The notes beneath the pieces were generated by a model, which searched no databases, had not been told where the DNA came from, and worked only from the letters and a program-made list of their open reading frames with translations. Positions 62,811-64,000 of a stretch of DNA of 64,000 nt are shown here, in pieces. Every line of letters starts with the position of its first letter. Position 1 is the first letter of the stretch. A program made the translations under genes and the position numbers. This DNA comes from Bilabrum cf. latius (lineage: Eukaryota): positions 248,001-312,000 of the forward strand of contig OZ237764.1 in NCBI GenBank assembly GCA_965178125.1, given 5' to 3'.

Positions 62811-64000
62811 ATGGCGGGAACCGGACAGCAAGGAAGTGCCTGGGCTGGTGGTGGACTTGGTAGTGCGGGAGGTGGAATAGAATCTGTATTTGGATCAGAC
62901 ACGGCGGGCCTCAGCTCACTGCTCGGTGGTGGAAGCTTTGGCGCCGATGCCGGTGGGGATGCGCAAGGCTGGGATAGCGCACCTGGTGGCGCAGCGGGCG
63001 CTACAACAGCCGGCTCGTCGGTTGTAGGTGGTATTGGCGAGTCATCTCACCAATCTAGTGCCGCCACGGCAAATTCTGGCCCGTCTGGAGATCAGAAGTC
63101 GAACGGCGAAAGCACGCCGACAGCTGGCGAAGACGATTTTGAGCCCTTGGCAATGCCCATGGCATGCGAGCCTATAGGAGAGGATGAAATGCTTAGCATG
63201 CACATGCCAACAACGTTCCCGGACGAGATGCCGTGGTTCGATGGGGTGATGACGCGCGATTCGATTGCGCCGTACTTGCGAGCACGACCATCCGACGACG
63301 AGGTGAGAATATGTTTGCACCCTGGCGAGTTTTAGAACGCATGCTCCGTCTCTCTTATGCCATTAAGTTCTTCTGCCGATGACGAAGCAAGTATTGACGA
63401 TCGATTCTGAGCCCCGCAAGGCCGTGAACGATGCAACTACCTCCTACTCATTCCGAGGCCTGTCTCTTTCTTTACGGAGCGGCTTTGAACCGTCCAATGC
63501 AGAGTCATTGTACCTAACTCCCTGATTAATTGCATCCTGCTGCTCTGTGCACCGCAGATTGCCAAGCATTGGAAGACCAAGCCGAAGAAAACGTACGCCC
63601 CCCCGGGGGCCATGGGCAGCGGGGGCGGAGGGGGCTCCTCCTCTAGTAGGTGGGGCAACTCGGCGCTGGGACGGTCCACGTCTGGGGCCTCGGCGTCTTC
63701 GACGGCTGCATAGCACGGCAGTGCTGGCGGCGCTGGATCCGGGTCTACAGTGTCAGAGCAGCCCAAGTGGCAGCAGGCCACTCGAGCCAACAAGCCCAAG
63801 GGAGGCGGGGGCGGATCCTGGAGGGACCAGTCGGGCGCGTCCACCGGCGTATTTGCGCGACGGGACGAAAGCCGCCAGGACAAGGATGACGCCAAGAACG
63901 ACGACACGTTCGGGGGGGACGCGCTGGGCGGCGGGTCTGACGATGCCACCTTCGGGGGCGGGGGCACCCTGGGCGGGTTCGACCTGGGTGACCTCAGCAA
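62811..64000 (+). CDS. Gly/Ser-rich protein, possibly with a GIGYF-like N-terminus (3' end outside the window)
   Basis: Exon 62811-63303, a GTGAGA…CGCAG intron, then an exon from about 63559 that stays open through a TAG. IGEDEMLSMH weakly resembles the GIGYF YxREEML motif. Confidence 0.55.

Noticed and set aside
1-64000. Mass pseudogenisation, RIP/deamination or sequencing error as the cause of internal stops
   Set aside because: These would also produce TGA/TAA and frameshifts. Only TAG occurs, catalytic motifs are intact, and essential genes are affected.
1-64000. Pyrrolysine, or UAG=Leu/Glu/Tyr
   Set aside because: Contexts (CAG runs, GQ/PQ repeats, the conserved VLQ in gamma-COP) point to Gln. 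The DNA is eukaryotic with spliceosomal introns and no pyl genes are seen.
1-64000. tRNA (including a suppressor tRNA-Gln CUA), rRNA, transposon or endogenous virus
   Set aside because: None recognisable by eye in this window; a tRNAscan-SE or repeat search is needed to exclude them.

Overview
GC-rich, gene-dense eukaryotic nuclear DNA with short GT-AG introns. It probably comes from a flagellated stramenopile-like protist; this is inferred from gene content (mastigoneme/tenascin-like EGF protein, RSPH1-like, PDE6D, Tubby). The main result is a non-standard nuclear genetic code. In-frame TAG codons interrupt most genes without any frameshift. They sit inside poly-Gln and Gly-Gln repeats and at a conserved Gln of gamma-COP, so UAG is read as glutamine. 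Twenty of 21 complete gene models end in TGA, and TAA is almost absent from coding frames, so UAG appears to be reassigned on its own, uncoupled from UAA. Re-translating with TAG=Gln collapses the fragmented ORF track into about 24 genes, including a single-exon 2744-aa Sec16, gamma-COP, cytochrome c peroxidase, PDE6D, Tubby, a DHHC palmitoyltransferase, a RhoGEF, a bZIP, a split sulfotransferase and a DUF938-ACT fusion. All gene models were traced by hand, and family assignments rest on remembered motifs rather than database searches.
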